DNA from: Octopus vulgaris
Lineage: Eukaryota
Length of the DNA stretch: 64,000 bases
Direction: 5' to 3'
Assembly (NCBI GenBank): GCA_951406725.2
Contig: OX597834.1
Location: 33,976,001 to 34,040,000 of the forward strand
Below the pieces are notes generated by a model. The model was not told the origin of the DNA. It did not search any database and saw nothing but the letters and a program-made list of their open reading frames with translations. Positions 11,783 to 25,248 of this stretch are shown here, in pieces (positions within the stretch are counted from its first letter, which is position 1; each line of letters begins with the position of its first letter). The position numbers and the translations under genes are program-made.

Positions 11783-12491
11783 CACTACCATTACAGGAAT
11801 CAATATGCTGTGTTGTTTGTTTATGTAAATTCGTTCCCTGCTGTTCCATCTGGTGGACAAAGTTACACCAAACCGTTATTTCTTCGATAAAAACAAAAAT
11901 CTGAGTTTATTCCAACAAAGAAATTGATCTTCTTTTCCTGAGAAGTGATGAGAAAAATACGTGGTTCTTCTTGCTTCTGCTTCAGCTGTTGATTTGACTG
12001 CTGTTTCTAGCAGATCAAGTAGCCATGCAGAAGTTCCCACAGTGGCTTGAATGACATTATGTTAACAGTCACTGGTGGATGTTGTACAGCATATGTAGTG
12101 GTGGTCATATATGTGATGGTTTATGTAGTAGCATCTTCATTTTCCTTAAGCCTTTCTATGAAGTGTAGGCCATCAACAACACTCCTCTACTGTTTGTGTC
12201 TCAGGGTCATCTTCATTGTTTCTCTCTAATTGGATCCCTAATTTTTTTTAGCTCTGCTTCAGTATCCTACCTCTAACTATTTTTAGGGAGTCTTGAGATA
12301 TCTTGTCCACAAACAAACAAGTAATGGTGTCAATTCATTCAATCTAAAATTCTTCAAGGCAGTGCCCCAGCATGGCCACAGTCAAATGACTGAAACAAGT
12401 AAAGATGAAAGATCTGCAATCAACATTTCTAGATTTGCACATCCTCATCATCAGGATTGGCTTCAGTATTGCCTCTTATATAACAGTTGTG

Positions 12492-12745
12492 ATGGTGCCA
12501 CATAAATGCCAGTGCCATGTAAATAGCACCCATGCTGGTGCCACGTAAAAAGCACCCAGCACATGTGTAAAGTGGTTGGCATTAGGAAAGGCACCCAGCC
12601 ATAGAAGCCATGTCAAAACAGACAACTGAAGCTTGGTGCAGCCCTCAGGTTCACCACCTCCTGTCAAACTGTCCAACCCATGCCAGCATGGAAAACAGAC
12701 ACTAAATGATGATAATGATGATGATGATGATGATGATGATGATGG
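12492..12745 (+). mobile_element. Family D SINE-like element
   Basis: Short GCCA(C/T)(A/G)TAAA monomers, then the AGGAAAGGCACCCAGC domain and (GAT)n tail. Confidence 0.8.
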
Positions 12746-12827
12746 TGCATATTTTAGCAACAAAGATATTTTAGCTGTCAGCAGTTATGTGTTAATTTGC
12801 TTCAATTAAAAGTGAAATTTATGTAAG

Positions 12828-13200
12828 CAGGTGACTTCATTGTGGTCATATCAGATGACAGCTAACTTCAATATGGCCTTGCTAAATGGTATTTATGTCC
12901 AATATTGCCATCTAAGATGGCAGCTAATTTTAATTTGGCCTTTTCGGGTGAAGGCCAAACATTAATGTGGTTTTGTCGAATGGCAACTGACTTTCATTTA
13001 GCCTCGTCAGGTGGTAATTAACTTCAACGTGGCCTTGTTAAATCATGACTGACTTCAATGTGACCTTGTCACATGGCAAGTTCACTTCAAAGGAGCCTTG
13101 TCAGATGGCATAACTTCAAGGTGGCCAACTTCAACTGAGAGGGAAATTAATTTCAAAGTGGCCTTGTCAGATAGAAATTGACTTCAATACAGCCTTATGA
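12828..13200. repeat. Degenerate ~31-bp minisatellite, about 12 units
   Basis: ACTTCA recurs at 12834, 12865, 13021, 13052, 13084 and 13113; consensus approximately GACTTCAATGTGGCCTTGTCAGATGGCAACT. Confidence 0.75.
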
Positions 13201-13319
13201 GAAGGTGGCCAGCAGGAAGAATTGTTCATATGCCAGGAAAAGAAGGTAGCGGAATTTTGCCTGTCATTACATTCTGAGTTCAAATTCCACCAAAGTTGAC
13301 TTTGCCTTTCATCCTTTAC

Positions 13320-13635
13320 TGGCACTTCGTTGGTTATAACGAAGGTTCCAGATGATCCGATCAATGAACAGTCTGCTTGTGAAATTAAAATGAAAGCGGC
13401 TGAGTACTCCACAGGCATGCATACTCCTCATGTAGTTCTCAGGGAGATTTAGCATAACACAGAGTGTGACAAGACTGACCCTTTGAAACACTGGTAAAAC
13501 TCATTTTTTGCCAGCTGAGTGGACCGAAGCAATGTGAAATGAAGACTCTTGCTCAAGGACGAGACATGGTGCCGGGAATTGAACTCATGACCTTATGATT
13601 GTGAGCCAAATACCCTAACAACTAAACCATGCAAC
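13320..13635 (-). mobile_element. Family C SINE (tRNA head plus TTGAGCAAGACACTT..CTCAGCTGG domain)
   Basis: Same sequence as 29082-29392 and 52685-53000; A/B-box-like head at the right end. Partial copy at 1-48. Confidence 0.8.
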
Positions 13636-14937
13636 TTGACTTTCATCCTTTCAGGGTTGATAAAATAAATATCAGCTAAACAGTGGGTGTATGTATATAT
13701 GTATATGCACATGTATGTAAGCATATGGATATGAAAGTAAACAGATAGACAAACAGACAGATAGGTACATAGGTTATATGAACAGACAAGCACACATACA
13801 CACACATATAGACAAATGAAGACTGAAATACATGACCATATATACACACACACACTTTACTTCATACAAGGACACATATGGAGACACACGTCCACACATA
13901 TGGAGATGCACATCCATACATACAAACACAGTACATAGTTGCAAAAAACCCATACACACACACACACTCAGACACGCACACACAAGGAGACAGAGGTATA
14001 CACACACACACACGCACACACACACTCAGACATGCACACACAAGGAGACAGAGGTACACACACACACATAAACACAAACACACACACATACATAAAAACA
14101 CACGAACATGGACACGCAAACACATGAATATGCAGAATACATACATAAAAATGTAAACATACATACATATATACATATGCACACACACATACATGCATAC
14201 ACATACATGCATGCATACATATACATACATGCATATGCACACACATACACACACACTGACCCACACACATGCACACAAACAAGCAAAAAGAATGTAGCGT
14301 GAATAACGGACAGAGTCAACAACTCTGGAAAAGGTTGGAAGACGCAATGAAATTTTTAGAAAAATAACGAAGGAAATGAGTGGAAATTTTAAATTTGGTG
14401 AGTGTTTTAAATTATAAGGCACCAAAAGAGAATGACTCTCCCCAGACACAACAGAATGGGGTCAATGTAATCGACATAGTCCCTTCCCTGGGTTTGCTGG
14501 CCTTGTACCAAAATTTGAAACCAATATAGCTCTGTGAGGTTAAAGTTAACTCCAACATGATCCTCTGAGGTTCCCCATTGTTGGTCAACCCACTAAAAAA
14601 ACATGTGGCCTGGTGTGGGTGGAGAGGGAGGAACGGGAAGATTGGGAGACCCAAGTGCTTTGTGCAATTTGGTTCCGTCTCTTGGAAATCTAACATCAAA
14701 TCCTGTCTAGAAGATCAATTTTTGCTTTCCATCCCTCAGAGATCAATAAAAAAGGCACCTGTAATATACTGAGGTCAAACCAGTCCAATCCCCTCCTGCA
14801 GCCTTGTGCCAATACAAGAAACAATGAAGATTATTGATTAAAGATTATTCATTAAAGATTTATTAAGCTGCCTTTATTTGGCACTGGGTGTTGGTTGTCT
14901 TGACCGTGGCATGGTGAGAGGCATTTAGACTTTGTTA

Positions 14938-15405
14938 TCACCACCTCCTCCTCCATCATCATCATCATCATCATCATTATATTCACCACTGCAACCACCA
15001 CCATCACCACTGCTACTAACACTACCACCACCATCATCATCATCATTCTTATCACCATAACTACCACCACCACAGCCATCACCATTACCATCACTACCAT
15101 CACCATCATCAAAGTCACCATTGTTACACTCCCCACCACCACAACCACCACCACCACAAACACCGTGACCATTACTTCAAACACTACTACCACCACCACT
15201 GTTACTACTAACACAATCAACACCAACAGCATCATCACCACTCCACCGCCACCACCACCACCACTATGATCACCATCACCACCATCAAGTTGAACATTTA
15301 TAGTCTATAGTCATGTTTGACTTGATGATGATGATGATGATGACAATGCTAGTATTGGCAGCGGGGATGGTAACACTGATGGTGATGCTGATGATGATGT
15401 TGTTG

Positions 15406-15437
<32 letters not shown>

Positions 15438-15560
15438 AGTAAGAGAAAATGAACATATTGCTGCTGTGAAATGTGTGTGTGTGTGTGTGCACATATATAT
15501 ATATATGCATGTGTGTATGCATGTGCACATGTGTGTATGTGTGTGTGTAGGCGTGTGAAT
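14938..15560. repeat. (CAC/CAT)n, (GAT/GTT/GGT)n and (TG)n tracts
   Basis: Directly visible. Confidence 0.9.
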
Positions 15561-16617
15561 GTGTGCATGTAGTTTATTTCCTTTTTACCAGCTTGATGCA
15601 AAGCAGATAGTGGAGCTTGTCGCAGTCCCCAGGCTTTGCAGCTCCTGTCAACCTGTCCAACCCATGCCAATATGGAAGATAAGATGAACATTAAACGGCG
15701 ATGATGATGATGATGACAACGGTCTTAAGGTTAATGAACTGCTCTACTAACCAAATGATTATAAGTTCAAATCTTACTAAAACAGGCATTGAGCTTATTT
15801 ACCCCTGAAGCAACACACATAACTTTCCTTGCCCCACTTTCCCTAATTAACAACAAATACATTAACGACTTTTGGTATAAATTCATGGGGTTTATTTTCA
15901 CATCACAAACATTGAACCGTGTGGGAATTCGTCGCTTTGCCAGACATTGCTAAAATAACCTGCTAGCACTATGTGACAAATTACCTTTGGAACAGGTGAG
16001 ATACCTCATCATCATCATCATCCCCACCACCACCATCATTATTTTAAAGTCTACTCTTCCAAGCTTGCACTACCACCACCACCACAGCCACCACCATCAT
16101 TTTAAAGTTTACTCTTCCAAGCATGAACCACCATCACCACCATCATCATCATCACCATCATTTAATATCTGTTTTGATGCTGGCATGGGTTGGACAGTTC
16201 AATAGGACCTGGCAAGGCCAGGAGCCACACCAGATTCCATAGTTTGTTAATGATGATGATGATGATGATGATGATAATAGCAAAATGGCAGAGAGTTTCT
16301 TCCAACACTTGCAGGCTCTCCTGAGTTCTTGCAGGTCCCAGGACATTATGAAGAAATTTGCACATAGTCTCAGTTAACTTCAGCACTTGAGATGGTGTAC
16401 TGAGCTGTGTGTGACTGGAGCTGAGACAATTTGTTGACACAGAATTTTATTATGGCTGGATGCTCTTCCTGTCACCAATCCTTACTTGTTCCCAAGCAAG
16501 GTAATATTTCCCCCACAGCCAGACGTGTTTCCACAGCAGAGTGGAAAGGAATCACATCACTTGCAGGATTGTGACACTAGTTTACAACTATCACACAATG
16601 TCAAGACAAGGATGCAT

Positions 16618-16666
<49 letters not shown>

Positions 16667-17144
16667 GGAACAGACTTCTTTCAGTTATGTATCATAACTA
16701 GCACCATCACTTAACAACCACTTCTCCGTACTTGCCTCGGCTGTTCTGAGTTTACTGAGGCAGATTTTCTGGATGCCCTTCCTGTCACCAACCTTCATCC
16801 ACTTCCAAGTATGGTTATCTATTTTCCCATGGCCAGACATGTTTTTGCAAACTATTGGAAACTGCTTGCAATATGTGACACTCCTTTATAACTATCATGT
16901 GATCTCCTGACAAGATCCAAACACACAAACACACACACACATGCATATATACACACACATGCACACAACACACGCACACACATATATTCACACATGGTGG
17001 GATTCTTTCAGTTTCCATTTACCATATCCACTCACAAGTCTTTGGTCAGCCCAAAGTTATAGTAGAAGACCAAGGTGCCACGCAGTGGAACTGAACCTGA
17101 AACCATATGGTTAGAAAGTAAACTTCCTAACATACACCCATACA

Positions 17145-17192
<48 letters not shown>

Positions 17193-19363
17193 AACATAAG
17201 TATATATATATATATCATCACCATTTATCATTTAATGTCTCTTTTCCATGCTAGCATGGGTCGGATGGTTTAACAGAAGCAGGCATGCCAGAGAACTGCA
17301 CCAGGCTCCAATTGTCTGTTTTTGCCTGGTTTCAAGGACTGGATGCCCTTCCTAATGCCAACCACTATACACAGTGTACTGGGTGCTTTTTACGAGGCAC
17401 TGTGTATATATGTAACATCAACATAACAAAAATATACCCATTACAAAATGTAAGTATCTATAATCTGTGAAACAAGTGCAGGGTATATATTTGAGATGTG
17501 TGTATATTTGAGACATGTGTATATTTGAGATGGCACAAAAAAAAAGAACTATAGGAAAAGGAACTCTAATAATACCGAACCTCCCGAAAGTAGAGGGGGG
17601 GGGAGAGAAAGAGGTGGGGTTAAATGAATATGGCCACCTCCCAACTTCCCCCTTCTTATATCGAGACTGAGAACACCTCTTAGATAATCCACTTTACCCA
17701 GTATTACATAAAAACTGGATAATATACATACATATGTACACACATACATATATGCATACACACACAGACACACACACACGCATGTATGTATATACACATG
17801 CACAGATATATATATGTATGTATGTGTGTATATATATATGTGTAACACAGTTAGTGATTAATGGTGGAATAGAGACTTGTCCTAATTCACTCCTATCAAT
17901 ATTTAATGTGTGTATGTGTGAGCATATGTACGCATATATACATGCATATATGCACACACACATATGCACATACATGTATATATACATCCATACACACATA
18001 GTTGAGTGTGAGTGTGAAACAACCACAACTACTGCCACAGCTACGAGCAACGAACAAAATCAATCAAAGTCGATAAATCATGAACACCCAAGTTCAAAAG
18101 AGAGAGACAGTGTGAGTGAGGGAGAGAGAAAGAGAGAGGGGAGAAAGAGGGAGAGAGATAGAGAGAGAGGGAAAGAGGGAGAGAGAGAGAGAGAGATCTG
18201 TAAAGAGCATCCGTTTGAGGTGTAAAGCTGTTAAAAAAACACAACCCAGCCCTTCCGAAAGACAATGTCTTAGTTTAATGCGATGTTCTTACATAAAAAA
18301 AAAAATAATAAAAGAAACATAAAATAAGCCACAACAAAAATATGCAAAAACAAAATTGCACAAAAAGCAAAAAAAAAAAATCTATTAAAAATTGATGCAA
18401 AAACAAAATAAAAAAAAAAGGATAAAGCAATCCTCCCCGCTTTAGTTGAGGTGTGATGTCGATGTTAATCCGCCGAGCAGCTTAATCGTTCATCTCACTT
18501 CATCTGATCAAGGTCAGATGGGCTGCGAGCTACACGGTTAATATCATCATCACTGATGAGGCCAGTAATTACACAGAACGTTTGCACGACAGACTGGGTG
18601 TATTTTTTTTTTAACACTTGCAGTCTGTTTGTTATGTTGCTCAATGTTTCAAGTTCAATTCTCATTGATGTCGGCTTTGAACATCGGATTTTTTTTTTTT
18701 TTTTTTTGAAGTTGGGAAGATTTGGAGGGATATGACATAACTACAAGAGTGTGCACCCCCACCCCTGCCGCCAACTTTGTTTCCTCATAACCTTCTGAAA
18801 ATTTCTTTTAATTATAAAAATGATTACTTTTATAAAGGGCACAGATACAAACGATGTAATAAGCAAATTCATATATACACACACACACATAAACCACATA
18901 CAAAATACATAAACACATGCAAAGCACACACACATACAGATACAGATGCAAATGCATGTGCATGTGCAGATAAGGATACACAAAATAGAAAGACAGAATG
19001 AACTAAACAGAAAAGAAGGAGACACATGGAGTGGAGAATCACTGAAGAGGTCACTGGTGTGCGATGAAAGATTTCAGACGAAGGACACTAAAATAGGAAT
19101 AATAATAAAACAAAGAATGAATGTATAGTGCTTGTGGTCATTTGTTTGGAAAAAATGAAAAATGGCCATCCCGAAATATAACAATTAAAAAATATTCATT
19201 TAACAAAATTCCAAAAGGAATTCAATAAAACAATCTCCAAAAATAATTACTTTGTTTTTCAGCCTAACTGTAATCTACATCATCAAAACATATGCATGAG
19301 GAAACAAAGTCAAGGTACATGAGATACCCCCCCTCCACCAAACTCCAATTTCTTTTTTCCCAC

Positions 19364-19555
19364 TAACCCCGTAGCATTCAGATTTCTGTCAAATGTAATG
19401 CTTCTTCATTCACATTATCTCATAGCTTTGAGATTTCAATGAAGTGATTGTTTATATTCAGAATCACATTGCAGGGTAGGTGTGAGAGGCTGGATCCAGC
19501 CAGTTTGAACATAAAACAGGTAAAATATTTGGATCTGATACAGCTTAATGGTTAA
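19364..19555 (-). mobile_element. piggyBac-like MITE, diverged copy
   Basis: Reverse-complement similarity to 8791-9009 (GGGTAGGTGTGAGAG, CAGTTTGAACATAAAACAG). Confidence 0.7.
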
Positions 19556-20254
19556 ATTCTGATAAAATCATAATCTTTGCCATCTGAAAGTTATTGGTAG
19601 AAAATTTCATTAAAAACTATTCATTTTTCAGAAAGTTATGAGGAAACAAAGTCAAGGTGGGCGGATGCCAGTCAATTACACTTGATCTATATCTTCCAGA
19701 CACACACACACACTATACCCCTGCTCCCTTCTACCACACCACCACCACTACCCCCAGCACCTCCTAAAAATTCATGTTTGTGAGTCTTTGTAAGAAATCG
19801 CTGCATTGAGAATTATGGAACGTTTGCATGACTGGGGTGGGGGTCTTTTGTTTTGTTCTTTTGTTAAAACACTTGCAGTTTGTTTGTTCATGTTGCTAGA
19901 CGTTCTGAGTTCAATCCTCATCAACGGTTGATTTTGATATGTGCTTCTTTTAATGTTGGGAAGGTTGGAAGGGAGGAGGGAATGGGGACAGAAAAAAAAC
20001 CCCAATTTCAATCAAGTCAAAAACGTCTCTGTCTGTGTGTCTTTGTGAAAAAAGCAAAAAAAAAAAAATCCAACTGCCGGCAGAATCATTAGAATATTGG
20101 AATAAATACATTGCGCTCAGGTTTGAGAAATTGTGACAGAACAGCTTTGGCATCGCTGATTTGATGCTGACTTGTTTGACATCAGATATTTTAAGGCTTC
20201 ACTCATTCTCTTCATTCTCTCTCACTTTCTCTTTCTATGTGTGAGCATAAACAC

Positions 20255-20560
20255 CATCATCATCATCATCATCATTTACCATCTGCTTTCCATGCTGACA
20301 AGGGTTAAATGGTTTGACTGGAACTGGTAAGCAGGATAGCTGCACCAAGTTCCAGTTTGATTTGGCATGGTTTTTCTACAGCTGGTTGCCCTTCCTAATG
20401 CCAACCACTCCAAGAGTGTAAAGGGCCCTTTTTATGCGCCACCCACATGGGTGCTTTTATGTGCCACTGGCATGAATGCCAGCTACGTGATACCAGCATC
20501 AGCCACAACTACGATTTCACTTGACTTAACAAGTCTTATTAATCACAGTATATCACCAAA
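20255..20560 (-). mobile_element. Family D SINE-like element
   Basis: (CAT)n, CTTTCCATGC, GCCCTTCCTAATGCCAACC and TTTTATGTGCCAC monomers. Confidence 0.75.
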
Positions 20561-20909
20561 AGTCTTGGGCCCCTGTATGTATCACAGACATGCAGGAAGT
20601 AAATAGACACCTTTTCAAAATTTTCAAAATTTCTGATCTTAATATGTCTTAATATGTTTTCAGTGGTGTAGAATTTACAATGTAATTATTCTTTTTTCTT
20701 CCAGGTGCCATTATATTAAACATTTGTGAAGATTAACCATGCCACGCACAAAAAATTCAGCAGACCCCATGTGTGTCTAATATATAAATACTAAGAACCT
20801 TATCAGGTTTGTTAAAGATCCTAACCAAGTGTATCTACTCTGTAAGGGCTTCACCAGGTTGTGATAAACACCCTGACTACGAATAGCCGCTATTTATTAA
20901 AAACCTCAC

Positions 20910-21161
20910 AAGTAAAAAGCACTATCCGAATCGTGGCCGATGCCAGCGCCACCTCAACTGGCTTCCGTGCAGGTGGCACGTAAAAAGCACCCACTACACT
21001 CACGGAGTGGTTGGCGTTAGGAAGGGCATCCAGCTGTAGAAACATTGCCAGATAAGACCAGAGCCTGGTGCAGCCTTCTGGCTCCCCAGATCCCTGGTCG
21101 AACCCTCCAACCCATGCTAGCATGGAGAACGGACATTAAACGATGATGATGATGATGATGA
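20910..21161 (+). mobile_element. Family D SINE-like element
   Basis: One full monomer (GCCAG-cgccacctcaa-CTGGC) plus the conserved 3' body and (GAT)n tail. Confidence 0.85.
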
Positions 21162-21564
21162 AGTATGTATAGTATCTACTGTATAGTAAGGACATCATCA
21201 GACAAAAAAAAAATCATTTTTATAAGCATCAAAAATATTTCAACAGACTAACACACATACACACACACAAACCTAAAAGTGCATATACATGTAACACACT
21301 TAAAAATATGTACATATACACACACATATACACACACAACCAAGACATATGAATACATTTGTAATCACAAAGACACTCTTTCACACACACACACAGAGCA
21401 TCACACATACACAAACACACACTCACATACACACATATATAACCAATCATAAACATCCACAGTAACACACACACAAAGAGTTTCATCGTGCACACACTCA
21501 TAGAAACCCACTGAAACAGGTACAGAACCACACACACACACACACTGAAAAGTACTGATACATA

Positions 21565-21595
21565 TAATGTGTGTATATATATATATATATGTGTG

Positions 21596-21628
<33 letters not shown>

Positions 21629-21731
21629 ATATATATATGTGTGTGTGTGTGTATATATATGTGTGTGTGTGTGTGTATATATATATGTGTGTGTGTGTGT
21701 ATATATATATATATGTGTGTATATATATATA

Positions 21732-21776
<45 letters not shown>

Positions 21777-21783
21777 ATATATA

Positions 21784-21828
<45 letters not shown>

Positions 21829-21865
21829 ATATATATATATGTGTGTGTGTATATATATATATATA

Positions 21866-21905
<40 letters not shown>
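21565..21905. repeat. Alternating (TA)n(TG)n compound microsatellite
   Basis: Directly visible. Confidence 0.95.
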
Positions 21906-21906
<1 letters not shown>

Positions 21907-22019
21907 ACATACATGTGTATGTACATTTGTATATATTCATGTATGTGTATGTGTGCGTGAGACCCAAGCCACAATATATAATCTTAATCTTCTTGATCTC
22001 GGCTTATAATAATTCCTTT

Positions 22020-22980
22020 CATGATTCTCTTTCTTGTTATACTGTATAGCATATTAAATTATATCATGTTATACGATATTGTACTGCACTGTATCATGTT
22101 ATGCCATACCGTACTATGCTATATCATATCACACATCATACCGTGTTACGTTCTGTCAGCTTTTAAACCATACTATGGTATGTTATATCTTGTACATCAC
22201 TTTATGCCATACCATGTATTGTACATTGTTTTATGTTATACCTTATGATAAAGCACATACTGTGTTATATCTTCCATCATGCACTACTGCATTGTGTTAT
22301 ACCACGTGTTATAACATAGTGTACTGTGTTATACATCACCTACACTGCAATATGTCATACTATGTTATACCATACTTTGTTGTGTTATATCATGCTATAT
22401 CATACTATTCTGTGTTATATCCTCTGTTATACCATGTTGTGCAGGCATTACATCGTATGTTATACTGTACTGTACTGCCTTTTATGTTGTACCATACAAT
22501 ACTGTGTTATATCATATTGTATTATTATATCATGTTATACCATGCTGTACTGTAATTATGTTGTATCATCCATTACACCATATTATACTGTGTTATATCA
22601 CATTATACCATTCTGTACTGTGTTATATTATACATTATATTATACTATACTGTTTTAACAGTCATACATTAAGCTACTGTACTGTGTTATATCATCTGTT
22701 ATAGTATACTTTATGGTATATCATGATATAATGTATATGCTATGTTATATCCTCTTTTATGCCATACTGTGATGTTTAAATTATCTGTTATACTGAGCTG
22801 TATTATATCATATTTTATATGATAATGTACTTTATATCCACTGTTATAACACATTAAGTTATGTTACATCAGGTATTATACCATGTTGCACTTTGCTCAA
22901 CTGTTAAACCACGCTCTACTATGTTATACCATGTATTATACCATACAAAGTTACATATACTACATAGTGTTATATCGATA
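22020..22980. repeat. Cryptic low-complexity tandem repeat (TACTGTGTTATA(T/C)CAT-like motifs)
   Basis: TGTTATAC / TGTTATAT / TACTGT motifs recur throughout about 960 bp. Confidence 0.75.
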
Positions 22981-22987
22981 GAAACAC

Positions 22988-23590
22988 CAATTCACCAAGG
23001 TTGACTTTGCCCTTCATCCTTTCAGGGTTGATGAATTAAGGACCAACTGAGCACTGGGACTTGAGGGACAAGTAATTGATGAGTCCTCTCCCTCAGAATT
23101 TCAGGCCCTTATGCCTATAGTAGAAAGGATTATTGTTATTATTATTATTATTTAAAATAGTGAGCTGGCAGAACTGTTAACAGACCAAACAAAAAGCTTA
23201 GTGGTATTTCTTTAAGCGTCACGTTGTGAGTTCAAATACCACTGAGGATGACTTAGAGTCAATACATTAAATACCAGTCACGTACTGGGGTCAATATAAC
23301 CATCCACACTCACCCAAATTTCAGGCCTTCTGCCTATAATAAAAAGAATTATCAATATTATTATTATTACTGAAGTGTCAAGCTGGCAAAATCGTTTGCA
23401 CACCAGTCAAAATGCTGAGCGGTATTTTGCAAGTTGCTATGATTTGAGTTCAAATTCCACCAATGTCGACTTTGCTATTTATCCTTTTGGGGTTGATAAA
23501 TTAAGTACCAGTGAAACACTGGGGTTGATGTAATCTACTAGTCCCCTCCCCCAAATTTCAGGCCTTATGCCTTTAGTTGAAAGGATTATT
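22988..23590 (+). mobile_element. Three head-to-tail family A SINE copies separated by (ATT)n
   Basis: Core and tail motifs repeated at about 22990-23130, 23158-23350 and 23372-23590. Confidence 0.8.
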
Positions 23591-24837
23591 ATTATTATTA
23601 TTATTTATTATTATTAACTGTAGTAGTAGTAGTAGCAGCAGCATTTTACAAAAAGACTATGTCATTGGATTCAATTGTACTACCTTACTAACAATACTTA
23701 TAAAATACTGTCTCCTTTCGGTTCTCCTTTTAATTTTAATTAGGGACTTCCTGGGTAAAAACACATTATTTTGCTTATTATTATTATTATTATTATTTTA
23801 TTTATTTATTTATTTTTTGTCGCTCTGTCAAAATAGGAAGCAGACACTGCAAGTGAGCCATTTCAACTGTCGCAGCCAAACACAGTTGAAGGGATTAGCA
23901 ATGGAACCGACTTGCAAAGTCTGGATCACAGTGACATTAACTGCATTATAATATGCATTATTCATGAAGATCATCACAGCTGGAGCCAATTCCACAGAAT
24001 CATGGAAACCGTTACCATCTTGTATGTAAACAGTAAAAAACTTTCTCTCTTTTCTCTTCATTGCTAAACTACTAATGTTCTGTGAAAAAAAAGAAACACA
24101 CACAAAATTCTATGAATTTCCTCCAGACTATAATTATTTCCTTCTTTAATGAAGCATCTCACTTCATAAAATGTTTAATTAATTAAGTCACTGATGATGT
24201 TATGCTGATGATTTCAAGAAAGAATGAAATAGTACTAAACATAATTACAACCAACTAGAAATTTTAAGGACTATGTATTGTAAAAACATGGCTGTGTGGT
24301 TGAGAAGCTCACTTTGCAACCATGTGGTTTGGGGTTCAATTCCAGTGTGTGACACCTCTGACAAGTGTCTTCTTGCCAAGACACAGGAGTGGCTGTGTGG
24401 TAAGAAGCTCGCTTCCCAACCACATGGTTCCAGATTCAGTCCGACTGCGTGGCACCATGGGCTAGTATCTTCTGTTAAACCTCCGGGCTGACCAAAGCCT
24501 TGTGAGTGGTTCTGGTAGATGGAAACTGAAAGAAGCCCATCATATATATGCATATCATCATTATCATCATTGTTTAACATCTGCCTTCCATGCCAGCATG
24601 GGTATATACATATGTGTGTGTGTGCATGCATATGTGTGTCTTTGTGTCTGTATTTGTTCATCCCCACCACCACCTTGAATTATAAAAAAACTGCCAGATC
24701 TTAAGATTTAAAGGATGATGGTTAAAACAAGATACTTTCCTTCACAACCCTGCCACCAAAAGGTAAAGGTAAAATTACCTTCTCAAGCCATACCGACATA
24801 ACCCGAAATCCCCACCTGGATAGGATGCTGGTCTTCT

Positions 24838-25248
24838 CTCTTTACTCTTTTACTTGTTTCAGTCATTTGACTGTGGCCATGCTGGAGTACCACCTTTAGT
24901 CGAGCAAATCGACACCAGGAATTATTCTTTGTAAGCCTAATACTTATTCTATCAGTCTCTTTTGCCAAACTGCTAAGTTACGGGGATGTAAACACACCAG
25001 CACTGGTTGTCAAGTGATGTTGGGGGGGTGACAAACACAGACACACAAACATACACACACATATATATATATATACATATACATATATACGATGGGCTTC
25101 TTTCAGTTTCTGTCTACCAAATCCACTCACAAAGCTTTGGTCGACCCGAGGCTATACTAGAAGACACTTGCCCAAGGTGCCACACAGTGGAACTGAACCC
25201 GGAACCATGTAGTTGGTAAGCAAGCTACTTACCACACAGCCACTCCTG
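24838..25248 (-). mobile_element. Family B SINE, near full length
   Basis: All modules present: head, CORE-like domain, internal CA/TA microsatellite, 3' body and (TAAAAGAG)-like tail. Confidence 0.9.

Noticed and set aside
11302-11904. 200-aa poly-Val and 178-aa poly-Thr mucin-like ORFs (similar at 14852, 29805, 45752 and 57360)
   Set aside because: Degenerate trinucleotide tracts with no splice or domain support.
18551-18580. CTGATGAG as a possible hammerhead core
   Set aside because: No stem II or GAAA at a suitable position.
19042-19080. CTGAAGA...GAAA hammerhead-like spacing
   Set aside because: Stem II does not close at the core and there is no stem I complement.
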